From Chiloscyllium plagiosum (taxonomy: Eukaryota), in NCBI RefSeq assembly GCF_004010195.1, contig NC_057718.1, forward strand, positions 32,006,980 through 32,063,703: a stretch of 56,724 nucleotides of DNA. The letters run 5' to 3'. Below are positions 25,507 to 36,275 of the stretch, piece after piece; position 1 is the first letter of the stretch, and each line of letters opens with the position of its first letter. The notes under the pieces were generated by a model that worked only from the letters and a program-made list of their open reading frames with translations, was not told the origin of the DNA and did not search any database. The position numbers and the translations under genes were made by a program.

Positions 25507-25685
25507 AAGTCTTCAAGGAGAAAGTGAGGACTGCAGATGCTGGAGATCAGAGCTGAAAATGTGTTGCTGGAAAAGTGCAGCAGGTCAGGCAGCATCCAGG
25601 GAACAGGAGAATCGACGTTTCGGGCATAAGCCCTTCTTCAGGAATTCTCCTGTTCCTTGTTGCTTTTCCAGCAACACATTTTCAG
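25507..25685. mobile_element. Palindromic Penelope-derived insert in CR1
   Basis: AGCTGAAAATGTGTTGCTGGAAAAG...CTTTTCCAGCAACACATTTTCAGCT inverted arms. Direct repeat CTACATACAGGAAA at 25493-25506 and 25686-25699. Confidence 0.88.
25600..25656 (-). ncRNA. Type I hammerhead ribozyme motif with long helix I
   Basis: Minus strand GGAACAGGAGAATTC-CTGAAGA-A-GGGC(TTAT)GCCC-GAAA-CG-TC^GATTCTCCTGTTCC. Confidence 0.75.
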
Positions 25686-25712
25686 CTACATACAGGAAAC
25701 CCTACTGCACAT

Positions 25713-25770
25713 ATCTGTGGAGAGAAATCAGAATTAACTTTTTGGGTCCAGTGACCCCTCTTCAAAACTG
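25713..25770 (-). mobile_element. Right part of the split Penelope-derived fragment, with decayed hammerhead
   Basis: Minus strand TTGAAGA-G-GGGTC(ACTG)GACCC-AAAA: perfect stem II, mutated core. Confidence 0.65.
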
Positions 25771-25779
25771 CTTCCATTC

Positions 25780-25888
25780 CTCCCTGTGGAAAAGTTTTTC
25801 ATGCTTTGGCAATCTGCCATGTAAAGAAATTTCACTTGAAACCCCCTCTTCATTCCTAATGATATAAATCAATATCTCCCCTGTTACT
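25780..25888 (+). repeat. ~110-bp direct repeat, copy 1
   Basis: CTCCCTGTGGAAAAGT...GGCAATCTGC..TGTAAAGAAATTTCACTTGA...GATATAAATC...CTGTTACT recurs at 27503-27609. Confidence 0.9.
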
Positions 25889-26125
25889 ATGAAATAAATG
25901 GTCTGATCATCTGTTGATGGTGGATTTGGTTGAACAAGGAAAGTTGACCAGAGATCCACTAGGACATTATACATCCATTCAAAACAGAAAAAAAGCATTA
26001 GTTTTTCTAAAAGCTGAAATGAGTTGGAAAGGAATAATTTAGCTGAGCTATTCTAATTTGCCATAAGATATAAGACATCACTGTTTAAGTGTAATTTGCT
26101 TCTGTTGACTTTAGTGTTATGTAGC

Positions 26126-26213
26126 AGATTAGATTAGATTAGGTCAGATTCCCTACAGTGTGGAAACAGACCCTTTGGCACAACAAGTCCACACTGACCC
26201 TCTGAAGAGTAAC
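26126..26213 (-). mobile_element. HE1-type SINE 3' fragment
   Basis: (AGATT)n followed by CCCTACAGTGTGGAAACAGACCC...AAGTCCACACTGACCCTC. Confidence 0.8.
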
Positions 26214-26314
26214 TGGTGAATTTGGTAAAGGCAGCAGTAGATAGTAGTACAGTAGTAGTGAGGCAGCAATGACAACCACTGAACCACATGTTGCACCATG
26301 TCAGTATTCATTTA

Positions 26315-26599
26315 GGGTCAGCATGTTGGCTTAATGGTTAGCACTGCTGCTTCACAGGGCCAGGGACCTGGGTTCACTTCCACCTTTGGGCGACAGCGTG
26401 GAGTTTGCACATTTTCCCCGTGTCTCCGTGGGTTTGCTCCAGTTTCCTCTCACAGTCCAAAGATGTGCAGATTAGGTGGATTGGCCATTGGAAAGGAGGG
26501 TTACAAGAGTAGAGAGGTGAATCTAAGTAGGATGCTCTTCAAAGGTTGCTGTGGACTCAATGGGCTGAATAGCTTGCTTCCACATTGTCGGGATTCTAA
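26315..26599 (+). mobile_element. HE1-type SINE
   Basis: TGGTTAGCACTGCTGCTTCACAG head and GTGGAGTTTGCACATTTTCCCCGTG core. Confidence 0.88.
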
Positions 26600-26609
26600 G
26601 TTTGTAGAT

Positions 26610-26705
26610 CAGTGACAGAGTCATCTAGACTTGAAAAATTGGCTTGCCTTTACTCCATGGATGCTGCCTAAACCACTGTGACCTCCAGCACTTGCTGTTT
26701 TCAAT
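26610..26705 (+). mobile_element. Degenerate Penelope-derived pLTR fragment
   Basis: GAGTC(ATCTA)GACTT-GAAA stem II remnant followed by ATGGATGCTGCC...CTCCAGCA. Confidence 0.55.
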
Positions 26706-27502
26706 AACAAAGCTGTTCTTGACATAGACTGAACAGTTATGGAGGATCACACATATTTAAATATCCTTAGCCTACATTTACTCTCCTATGGTCCAGTGAA
26801 ATGTTTCTAGAAGTTGTGTGCATTATCAGAAATCCCCCTATACATCATACATTCTTATAAACAGTCATTATATCAGAAGTGGGAGAGCAAAGCATACTGG
26901 AAATTCAGATTTCCAGTACACCTGCTTGTTTCTGCAGATTTATGACTGCAGTAGATTTCTGAATACTCTCCATTTTCTCAGGCATGTGGCAAAACATGTG
27001 AACATTTTATCTTCAAACCACAGTGGGTGTCTCATGACCAATGTTTCGATCAGCAACTCCCTTATTCAGTGAATGAAAAGTGTTTTCATTTTTAGCTCCC
27101 AGTAGAGGCAAAATCATGAACAGCTTTCCAGTGTCCGAACATAGTTGGAAAACATGAATATCAGATATTCATAACATTCACAGGGTATAATGTTTCCCAA
27201 CATTCTTAGCACTTAAAGTCACAATACTGTTGTAGGAGCCATACATTTCTGTAATCATGTTGAGGGGATGTTTCACCCCCAACACTCCTAGAATTGGCAG
27301 GAAAAACAAAATAAATCAAGAGCAGTGATAACAAGGCATCCACTTACAGAGGCTGAGAAAAGTGTGCAATTTATTTTACCTACGCAAGTTGTTACTGTAG
27401 ACGGGCAGTTACATGGAAATAATGTGCAAATTATCCTTTTATCTAGCTATACTTTCCTTTAAACTTTTCGCTGTGAGCGACAAATTGTCCTCATTTCCAC
27501 CT

Positions 27503-27609
27503 CTCCCTGTGGAAAAGTATTTCATCCTTTGGCAATCTGCTGTGTAAAGAAATTTCACTTGACCCCCCCCTTCACTCCTAGTGATATAAATCCATATCCC
27601 TCTGTTACT
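27503..27609 (+). repeat. ~110-bp direct repeat, copy 2
   Basis: Matches 25780-25888 with scattered substitutions. Confidence 0.9.
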
Positions 27610-28109
27610 GACTCTGTAATCAGAGGCAAAGTGCTTCCTAATTCACTGTATGAAATATTTTCAATATCTTAAAAACTTCTAAAAGCTTGTGGTCAAGAAA
27701 TTTGACTTGCGCCTCAGCTGTTGCAAATTCAGTGGAGTGATGGTTTCATGCTGACTTGAGGCTGGAGCCAAATTCAGCTTTGGTCTTCATTTCAGAGACG
27801 TAGTGAACTGCAATCTTCAAATGAGTGTGTGAAAGACTCCTATTTGGGTGAGCTAGCTTTTGCTTAGAGTCACCTGCAGATCAGGTCAGAGGCGAGGTAA
27901 GCAATATTCCCAGGAGAGTGTCAAATAGAAAACTGTGGTGAATTCTCAAAAAGCTGCATGTATGATATCTTGAGTTGGCCGCTGAGATAGCTGTGGGGCT
28001 TTCTGTCTCCTCTTTTTGGGCTTCTGTCAGTGGGTTTTCACAGCATAGTAGCTGAGATCTGAATCTGAGTGGAATGGACATTTCTAATATATTGTGCACT
28101 GGGGGACAT

Positions 28110-28218
28110 ATAATGGTCTGTGGATGCGAGGCTGGATCTAGGTGGGATGATCTTCGGAGGGTAGGGGCAGACTCACTTGGCTGAATGGTCTCTCTCCGCA
28201 CTGTATTCTATGATTCTT
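28110..28218 (+). mobile_element. HE1-type SINE 3' fragment
   Basis: GGTGGGATGATCTTCGGAGGGT...GGCTGAATGGTCT...GCACTGTATTCTATGATTCT. Confidence 0.65.
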
Positions 28219-28439
28219 TGTTAACTGATCCCAGTTATGGCAGCAGCTGAGATCTGACGTTTCACTGCCAGTCCCACTAGATTAGGGATGGGAAGGAAAA
28301 ATCAGCAAGTGGAACCGTGTTGAAACATGGACTGGATGAGAAGAGAATCTGGTTCAGCTATGATACCATCCACTGTCTCGGTTTACGACTAGTCACTGGA
28401 TGACAGTAAAAGGCAGATCATGTCTCTGGATTGCAAGAT

Positions 28440-29085
28440 TGATTGTCAGGCAAGTGGGTGCTTAATCTGATGAATAGCAGAGGAGCTAAAGTTAATTTCT
28501 TGGCCACAAAGCAATATGAGCATGCTTCCTGGAAAATAAAAGTATAAACAGGGTCGAGGAATAAAGTGATCTGGCGTCACAGATACACAATGTCTGAAAG
28601 TACTGCTGCAGATTAATAAGGGAAAAAGCAAACAAAGCAAAGCAATTTATTCCCAGAAGGCTAGAACTGAACAGCAGTGAAGTTATGTTAAATTTGTATG
28701 GATCCTTCATTAGATAGCACTTGGGATGCTGTAAACAGATCTGATCCATATATTTTAAAAAGGTAAGTGGCATGGAAGAAGGTACAAAATGAAAATACAA
28801 GAATGGTACCAAAACAGAACAGGTATACCTATCAGGAAAGATTGAGAAATGGGACTCCTTGGATAGAAGACCTTACAATTGGAAGAGAAAGTGTAGAGAA
28901 GATGTTTTCGCTTGTTAACGAGATTCTAATTATGAGATGGTCACTAATGAAAGCAATAAGGAATTTGAAAGAAAGCTCTTTACTCAGAGATTGGTTGCAG
29001 TGTGGAGCTTGCTGCTTTAAGTTGTATTTAACATGAATAACAGATACATTTAAAAGAAAGCTAGGTAGATGCATGAGGGAAAAAA
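28440..29085 (+). mobile_element. Old CR1 LINE 3' region
   Basis: Degenerate matches to CR1 motifs: GAAGTTATGTTAAATTTGTAT (EVMLNLY), CTTTACTCAGAGATTGGTT (FTQR) and ACATTTAAAAGAAAGCTAG. Confidence 0.65.
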
Positions 29086-30285
29086 TCGAAGTTTCAACTC
29101 AGTCAAGGGAAATGTTACAATTGGAGCTGCTCATATGTCACCCAACATTGATTCAGAGAGGTGGTGTGATTGCATTGTAGGTTAGAGAACATCACAAAGT
29201 ATTACTGAGACCCAACCTCAAAATTTAAAACTTTTAGTGCTCTAAGTTGGATAGATTCTGTACTTCACAATATAAAGAGTTGAGAATAATTGGTTTTATT
29301 AGCATACTTAGAAAGTTAATTGTTTTTCTGACCATTTTAAGTATGGTCTATAGTGCGCTGGTCATTGCGTCAAAAAACTGCTGGATGATGAAGAAAAAAT
29401 ACAAACAGTAAATTTTATTAACCTAGTAAAGCCAAATCTTAACTCATAAATCTTTTGAGCATTGAATCGTGTACTATCACTGTCCTTGCAGCTTGCTGAT
29501 GAGGTAAATTTGTACGGTTTATTCATGGTCATCAAGAACTTTTCTCTGGCAAGAAGAATAATGTAAACGATCTTAGTGCTTTACATCCCAACCAAACACA
29601 AGCTTCATTCCTTATGGGTATAAAAGCACTGTTAAATGTTCAGTGGCTGCGTATGTAAATACTGTATAATGTGCATACTTGGGCCAAATATGCTTGCCCA
29701 CAGTTTTGATTCCCATTTGATTCATTTAGCTAAAGATTTACCTTGATCTATCTGATGAAAATCAGTATCACTGTTCCATTGATTTGAAAGGCAGAGTTGG
29801 TAGCTATTTTGCATGTCAGAGAAATATTAAGAAACATAATGATTTGAAAATTACAGTACGGAGCACTGGGTAAAATTATAGGTTTGAACTTTCTTTTAAC
29901 TTTGGAACATGAATTTGAGTGCAGTTTAGGTTTGTGTGAGAAGAGTCTCCTTTCTCCTCTGGCCATGAGATTTTGACAAGTTGTAATTGTGACCATCTCA
30001 GCACAGTTTTCATTGCTGTCTTTTCTGCTTTTGCTCATTAAATTTTGTTTTAATAGCTTCAGGTGACATAAAGCATTCTATGCAGCCATTAAACTTCATT
30101 TCATCAGAGCTCAGATCCTCCAGTTTCTGGGCTCTAATAGTACACTTTTTTCTGACAGAGAAATGCACCATCTGGTTTCAAATTTCTGATGCAAACAGAC
30201 AAGAAATTCATCAGGATGAAGCTGAAATTTTCATTCACTGGTTGGGTGCAGAAAATCAGGAAATTTCATGACTCAAAGAATAATG

Positions 30286-30583
30286 TAATCTCTAACTGTG
30301 GAAGCAAGTCATTTGGCCCACCCAGTCTACACTGACCTTGCAAAGAGTATCTCAGCCAGACTCACCCCCTATCCTATCCCTGTAACCCTGCATTTTCTGT
30401 GACCAATCCACTTAACCTGCACATCTTTTGGACTGTGGGAGGAAGCCAAGGTACCTGGAGGAAATCCACACAGACACAGTGAGAATGTGCAAACTGCACA
30501 CAGACAGTCGCCTGAGGCTGGAATTGATCCGGGTGCCTAGGGCTGCCAGGCAGCATTGCTAACCACTGAGCCACAGTGCTGCC
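30286..30583 (-). mobile_element. HE1-type SINE
   Basis: ACCTGCACATCTTTTGGACTGTGGGAGG...GCTAACCACTGAGCCACAGTGCTGCC. Confidence 0.88.
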
Positions 30584-30809
30584 AACCTTGGATGAAACTA
30601 TCTCGAATTGCTGGTTCCTTATTCTCGAGTAGGACTGGTGAAGACACTGCCAACTGGCCCACAATTCCTGATAACAGTTTGGAAGGACCATACAGACAAC
30701 TGGATATGGAGGGGGCTCTGTAATGGTCTGTCCAGTGCTTTGGGATCTCGTACCAGTTGTAATCATAACATTGGAACAAAAAAAGCTAACCCTCTAGCCT
30801 TTATCCTTC

Positions 30810-31125
30810 AAACCATCCCATTCCCACATAATCCACATGGCTCCTCCCACCCTCCATACCAATCTATGCCTCTCTACCCACCCTCAATACCCCTAAACCT
30901 CTCATTGACATGCTATGAACTACACCCACCTCACAGCCTTCTCATACCTTCTATGGCAACATATGACCCTCCCCACTCTACCTTGGCCCTTCATACTAAT
31001 CCATTACCCCAATTTATCTTCATGGCTTGTTATAGGCCCCATGCTAACTTAACATCTCTTCATGCCATCCACCACTCTAACCCTGACACACCCCTATATC
31101 AAATCAGCCAGTATCCACCATGGGC
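30810..31125. repeat. C/A-rich low-complexity tract
   Basis: Strong G depletion with repeated CCCAC/CCAT/CCCTC words. This explains the Pro/His-rich ORF 30608..31150. Confidence 0.6.
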
Positions 31126-31839
31126 ATTCTCAGAAACCATGCTGAGTTGAGATTTAAAAAGTTTCAATTTGTAGACTTCACTATTTTAAAAGAAAACATC
31201 TGCTTGAGAGTTATTAGAAGTTAATTCAATACATTTAAATTTCATTGAATACTTAATCCCTTATGAAAGCAAAGAAAAAATAGCCTCAAATCAAAGACAG
31301 ATAATCTCTTTCTAATCATTTGAAAAATTTAAACTGCTGATATACAATCCCCAAAACCCCACTGTGATAATGTTAGACAGTGAAGCAGCCAAGCACATAA
31401 TGCAAAATCTTAAAGAGGCCTGAGTGATGTCAGCTTTTGTGAGAAGTATGGGAGAATTGTGCATGAAGTCTAGCAAGGCTTACCTTGACATCAGATCCAA
31501 CTCGTTACATTTTTTAACAAGGTTGTAGGCATTGAGGTGAAATTCTAACTCAGCAGAAGCATATTTCCTATTCAGGGAAAGTACAGTTTGTAAGCAATTT
31601 TATTAACTCCACATCTCATCTCATTACTGTGCAGCTTCCTATCCTAAGTGCCCGCTATGAGCAAATAGTTGCCTAGATGTTTTTTAATGGAAGTCAGACA
31701 GGGTATCTGACATTTTCACATCTCTGTAAGAAATTAAGAGACTGTAGGGGATCTTCAGCATCCCAGTGCCCATGTGGGTGCACTGTAGTTTTAAAGATGG
31801 CTCAGGCACCAGGGATACCCATCATTTGGCACATGTTTG

Positions 31840-32129
31840 TTAGATTAGATTACTCAGTGTGGAAACAGGCCCTTCAGCCCAACAAATCCACACTGACCTG
31901 CAACCCACCCAGACCCATTCCTAATACTAAGGGCAATCTAGCATGGTCAATTCACCTAACCTGCACATTTTTGGAATGCGGGAGGAAACCGGAGCACCCG
32001 GAGGAAACCCACGCAGACACGGGGAGAATGTGCAAACTCCACACAGTTAGTCGCCTAAGGCGGGAATCGAACCCGGGACTGTGGTGCTCTGGGGCAGCAG
32101 TGTTAACCACTGTGCCACCGGTGCTGCCC
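31840..32129 (-). mobile_element. HE1-type SINE (young, CpG-retaining)
   Basis: GGAAACCGGAGCACCCGGAGGAAACCCACGCAGACACGGGGAGAATGTGCAAACTCC core with TTAGA tail. Confidence 0.92.
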
Positions 32130-32203
32130 ACATGTTACATCCACATGAATCCTCATTTCTCATTGGAAGCATGCCATAGGCGAGTGATAGAGAGATAAGT
32201 CTT

Positions 32204-32526
32204 GATTATGATTAGATTAGATTCCCTACAGTGTGGAAACAGGCCCTTCAACCCAACTAGTCCACACTGATCCTCTGAAGAGTAACCCACCCACATCCAT
32301 TTCCCTTTGACTAATGCAGCTGACACTATGGGCAGTTTAGCACAGCCAGTTCATCTGACCTGCACATCTTTGGAATGTGGGAGGAAACTGGAGCACCAGG
32401 AGGAAATCCGCGCAGACACGGGGAGAATGCGCAAACTCCATACAGACAGTTGCCCGAGGCTGGAAATGAACCTGGAATTCTGGTGCTGTGAGGCAGCAGT
32501 GCTAACCACTGAGCCACCATGCCGCC
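32204..32526 (-). mobile_element. HE1-type SINE
   Basis: Head, core and tail all present; same orientation as, and ~75 bp from, the previous copy. Confidence 0.92.
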
Positions 32527-32744
32527 AAATCCCTCCACAAGTCTTGTGGAGGGAGGCTGATCAGTTGGATTTGTGAGGGAGGGGTGGGAAGGCTGATTTG
32601 GTGACTGTCTCTCAATGTGCCCCCCTTTCCTGATGCCAGGTCTGCCAAGCAGGCATTGAACATCTTTGAACAAGAGACCCTCCACCATCACTCCCTAAAA
32701 GCCAGTAACATGCAGGTGTTTCTTTTTTCACCTTCCCCTAATCA

Positions 32745-33250
32745 ACTTGTATACTCTTTGGAATTTAGAACAATATGGGGAGATTAATTTGACGTATTCA
32801 AGATGATAAAAGGTATGGATAAAATAGAGTCAAAAAGTCTGGTGCTGGAAGAGCACAGCTGGTTGGGCAGCTTTGAGGAGCAGGAGAGTTGAAGTTTCGA
32901 GCATAAGCTCTTTATCAGGATAAAACAGAAGTGAAGTGGAGGCTTCCTCTTGCGGGGCATTCTAGGCCAAAAGGTCATAATCTTAGGAGAAGTGGAAATT
33001 TAAAACAAAGTTGAGGAGAAACTACTTCTCCCAAAAGGGTTATGAATCTGTGGAATTCACTTCCCCAAAGTGCAATGGATGCTGGGACAGTGTGTAGATT
33101 TAAGGAGTTGACAGCTTTTTAATTGTAATGGGTTGAAAGGTTTTGGGGAGAAGGCAGGAAAATGGGGGTGAGGAGCTTATCAACCATGATCAAATGGCAG
33201 AGCAGACTCGATGGGCCAAATGGCCTAATTCTGCTCCTATGTCTTACAAA
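32745..33250 (+). mobile_element. CR1 LINE 3' end, interrupted at 32829-32917
   Basis: TACTCTTTGGAATTTAGAA (YSLEFR), GTATTCAAGATGATAAAAGG, TTCTCCCAAAAGGGTTATGAATCTGTGGAATTC, tail GATGGGCCAAATGGCCTAATTCTGCTCCTATG. Confidence 0.8.
32829..32918 (-). mobile_element. Single-arm Penelope-derived insert with hammerhead-like core
   Basis: Minus strand CTGATAA-A-GAGC(TTAT)GCTC-GAAA-CTTC at 32891-32918. Flanks GGATAAAATAGA (32817-32828) and GGATAAAACAGA (32918-32929). Confidence 0.8.
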
Positions 33251-34269
33251 CTTATGAAGAGGAGTTATGACACATCTCTGGAGGTGGTAGACTTGAACTC
33301 AGGCCATGTTAACCAGATGCAAAGTTTAATTTCCACCTGATGCTGAAACAAATGCATTAAACGTTGAGTCTTGCAGTGAACATCTTACAATGTACAGTAT
33401 TGTTTTAGTGTTCATGAGACAGGCATGTCAGGTATTGCCACAGCCCTTACTCTTTGGCTGTTTCCCACTTTTGTCAAGCAGTCCTTTGTCGTCAAATGAA
33501 TGCTGCAATGTCAGTCTCCAATATTTAAGTACAATTTTGTGTTATCAACATAAATCTCTTGGTAGACAGCTAAGTTTTCCTTAATCATTGTATGCTTAGG
33601 GAAAAGCTTTCTGTGTGAAGTTTAAATGTACTATCATCAGATTACACAGCAAAACCTATTAAAAGTAAAGCTGAGCCAGGCTATTGGATAAAAAGTTCAA
33701 AATGTATTGATAGAAAATCATAATGTCAAGTGAGATGATAAAATTTTAATATCCACTTATTGTACTCACCAGCTCAGTTTGTGCCTTTACTGTATGTAAC
33801 CACTGTCCTATTCTTTCCTGAGCTCAGTTCCAAACACGTACTTTTGACAGTTTCCTGCTACTTCAAGGAAGCAGACGTCACCAGTAGGAACACCAACAAT
33901 GTTGCCTTCGGCCCCTGCAGCCAAGGGCTGTGGTGCAAAATTAGTTGTGTCGACCCACCTGACAACATAGGTGCTTGAAAAACGCAGACTGAAAGTGTAA
34001 GGAAAATAGGAGGGGGAGTGAAAGGAACTAAACTACCTTGACCGTAAAGACAGCCTTGATATTTATTGGGGGGGGGGGGGGCGGGTAGGGGGTTTGTAGC
34101 TGGAAGGGGAAGCATGGGGCGTGCTGTTTTGCATTTGGGAAACCCGGAAGAACAAGCACCCTCAGATTCTGCTGAATTTAACTTAGTTAACTTAGTTAAC
34201 AGTTGTTTTTTTCATTTCTTGACTGCAGGCAGGTAGATTGAGAGATTCTCACGTTTGGTGTATTTTTAA

Positions 34270-34460
34270 AAATTCATTCATGGGATGTGGACGTCACTGT
34301 TTATGACAGCATTTACTGTCCATCCCTCATTGTCCTTGTGAAGGTGGGGTGAGCTGCTTTCCTGAACAGTTGCAGTATACTTGGTGCTGGTATATCTACA
34401 GTACTCTACAGAGTTTGATCCAGTGAAAGAACAGCAATGTATTTCCAATTCAAGATGATG
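34270..34460 (-). mobile_element. 3' tail of an old shark LINE/SINE family
   Basis: ATTCATTCATGGGATGTGG...CAGCATTTACTGTCCATCCCTCATTGTCCTTGTGAAGGTGG is a reverse homologue of 17655-17757. Confidence 0.55.
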
Positions 34461-34577
34461 AGTTAAACGAAATGGTAAAATGGAATCGTATAGCATCATT
34501 AAAAGATGAGGAACATTTCTTTAGGAGGTGGATTTGTTGCCTCATCTCTTCCGGCACACCAGCCCCTTCCCCATATA

Positions 34578-34701
34578 AAATAAAACAAAGAACTCTGAAT
34601 ATTTGAACCAAAAACAGAAGTTGCTGGAGAAATACAGTAGGTCTGCTAGCATCTGTGGGGAGAAGCAGAGTTAATGTTTCAAGTCCGTTGACCCTTCAGA
34701 A
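34578..34701 (-). mobile_element. Single-arm Penelope-derived fragment with decayed hammerhead
   Basis: Minus strand CTGA-A-GGGTC(AACG)GACTT-GAAA-CATT, followed by CAGATGCTAGCAGACCTAC...CTCCAGCAAC. Confidence 0.65.
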
Positions 34702-35139
34702 GCCCCTTACTCATTCCCATTGAAACCCTAACTGCTCTGACAGCTGTTTGAACGCTTCTTCTTCACAATGTGGCTGGTACTCGATTTGAACTCACAGCTT
34801 GTATTTCTCAATTTTTAAAAATGTTACAATTGCTTATTGCTTTGATTTGTTGAGTTAACCAGAGGAAAGGTTTCAACCTGGTGCGGAAGCAAATGCATTT
34901 AATATTGAGCCTTGCAGTGAAATCCTAAATGCTGAATCATGTTCATGAGACAAGAAATGTCTAATATTGCCCTGGTCATTCCTGAGCTGCACATTGTGGA
35001 GTTGTGCATCTGACCATAGCCCTTTTCTGGAAGTTTCCCACTTTGTCATGCAGTTCTTTACTTGAAATAATTGTTGCAATGTCTGTTCATGCAGTTACAT
35101 ACAATTGTGTATTATAGAAATAAATCTCTGGGACAGGTG

Positions 35140-36275
35140 TACAACATTTTAATGTTTTAAATATAAAGCTGCTTCAGGAAGATTTAAATAGGGTAAATTG
35201 AATGGGCAAGAATGTAGCAGATGGAATATAGTCTGGAAAAAAGTGACATTATCCACTTTGGTAAGACAAACAGATATGTAGATAATACAAAGTGGCCTAT
35301 AATTTCCTGTCAATAAGGCACCAAAGGCAAACATGCAGGTACAGTTACCTATTAGATTGATTAGATTAGATTTCCTACAATGTGGAAACAAGCCCTACGG
35401 CCCAACCAGTCCACACTGACTCTCCAAAGAGCAACCCACCCAGACCCACTTCCCTCTGGCTAATGCAGCTAACACTATGGGCAATTTAGCATGGCCAATT
35501 CACCTGACCTGCACATCTTTGGACTGTGGGTGTAAACCTACGCAGACACGGGGAGAACGTGCAAACTCCACACAGTCACCCAAGGCTGGAATTGAACTTG
35601 GGACCCTGGTCTGTGAGGCAGCAGTGCTAACCACTGAGCCACCATGTTAAGTAGAGTACCAGCCTATATTGCAAGAGTATTTGAGTGTAGGAACAGATAT
35701 CTAGGAGTTTGTTTAGACTGCACCTGGAATACAGTGTGCAGTTTGGCCTCCTTATGTCAGGAACGATATTATTGCCATAGAGGGACTGCAATAAAGGTTC
35801 ACCAGACCTGTTCCTAGGATAGTGGGACTGTCCTATGAAGAGAAATTGGGCAAACTGAACCTCTATTCTCTTCAGTTTTGAAGAATGAGAAGTGATCTTA
35901 TTGAAACTTACACGATGCTTAAAGGGATAGACAGAGTTGAAGCAGGTATAATCTTTACCCTGGCTGGGGAGTCTAGAACTAGGGAGCACAATTTAAAAAT
36001 AAAGGGGATGCGACTTAGGCTTGAGCTGAGGAGAATTTTTTTTTTTACCCAGACAGTTGTCAATCTTTAGGATTCTCTACCAGAGAAGGCTGTCGAAGCT
36101 CCATTTTTCGGCATGTTTAAGGGAGAGATTGATAGATTGCTGATTACCAGTGGTGTACAGGGTTACTGAATGGGGTGCAGAAAGGGTGCATTGCAGAGTT
36201 GATCAGCCATTATCATGTTGAATGTCGAGGCAAGCTAGATGGACTGGATGACCCACTCCGTTCTTATGTTTCTAA
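35140..36275 (+). mobile_element. Old CR1 LINE 3' region interrupted by an HE1 SINE
   Basis: CACCTGGAATACAGTGTGCAGTTTGG (HLEY.VQF), ORF 35885 MRSDLIETYTMLKGIDRV...SRTREHNLKIKG...FFTQTVVNL, and a CR1-type 3' tail. Confidence 0.82.
35352..35646 (-). mobile_element. HE1-type SINE
   Basis: (TTAGA)n tail, V-domain core and tRNA-like head. Confidence 0.9.

Larger units (their letters stand above)
23911..25712 (-). mobile_element. CR1 LINE subfamily A continued (RT, linker, endonuclease end)
   Basis: Minus strand carries KFADDTK (TTAGTGTCATCTGCAAATTT on plus), MDFSKAFDKVP and GGHFGDSDHNLIMF (endonuclease SDH motif). It resumes the sequence broken at 22424. Confidence 0.9.

Noticed and set aside
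30608..31150. 180-aa Pro/His-rich ORF
   Set aside because: Arises from a G-poor low-complexity tract; no domain or splice support.
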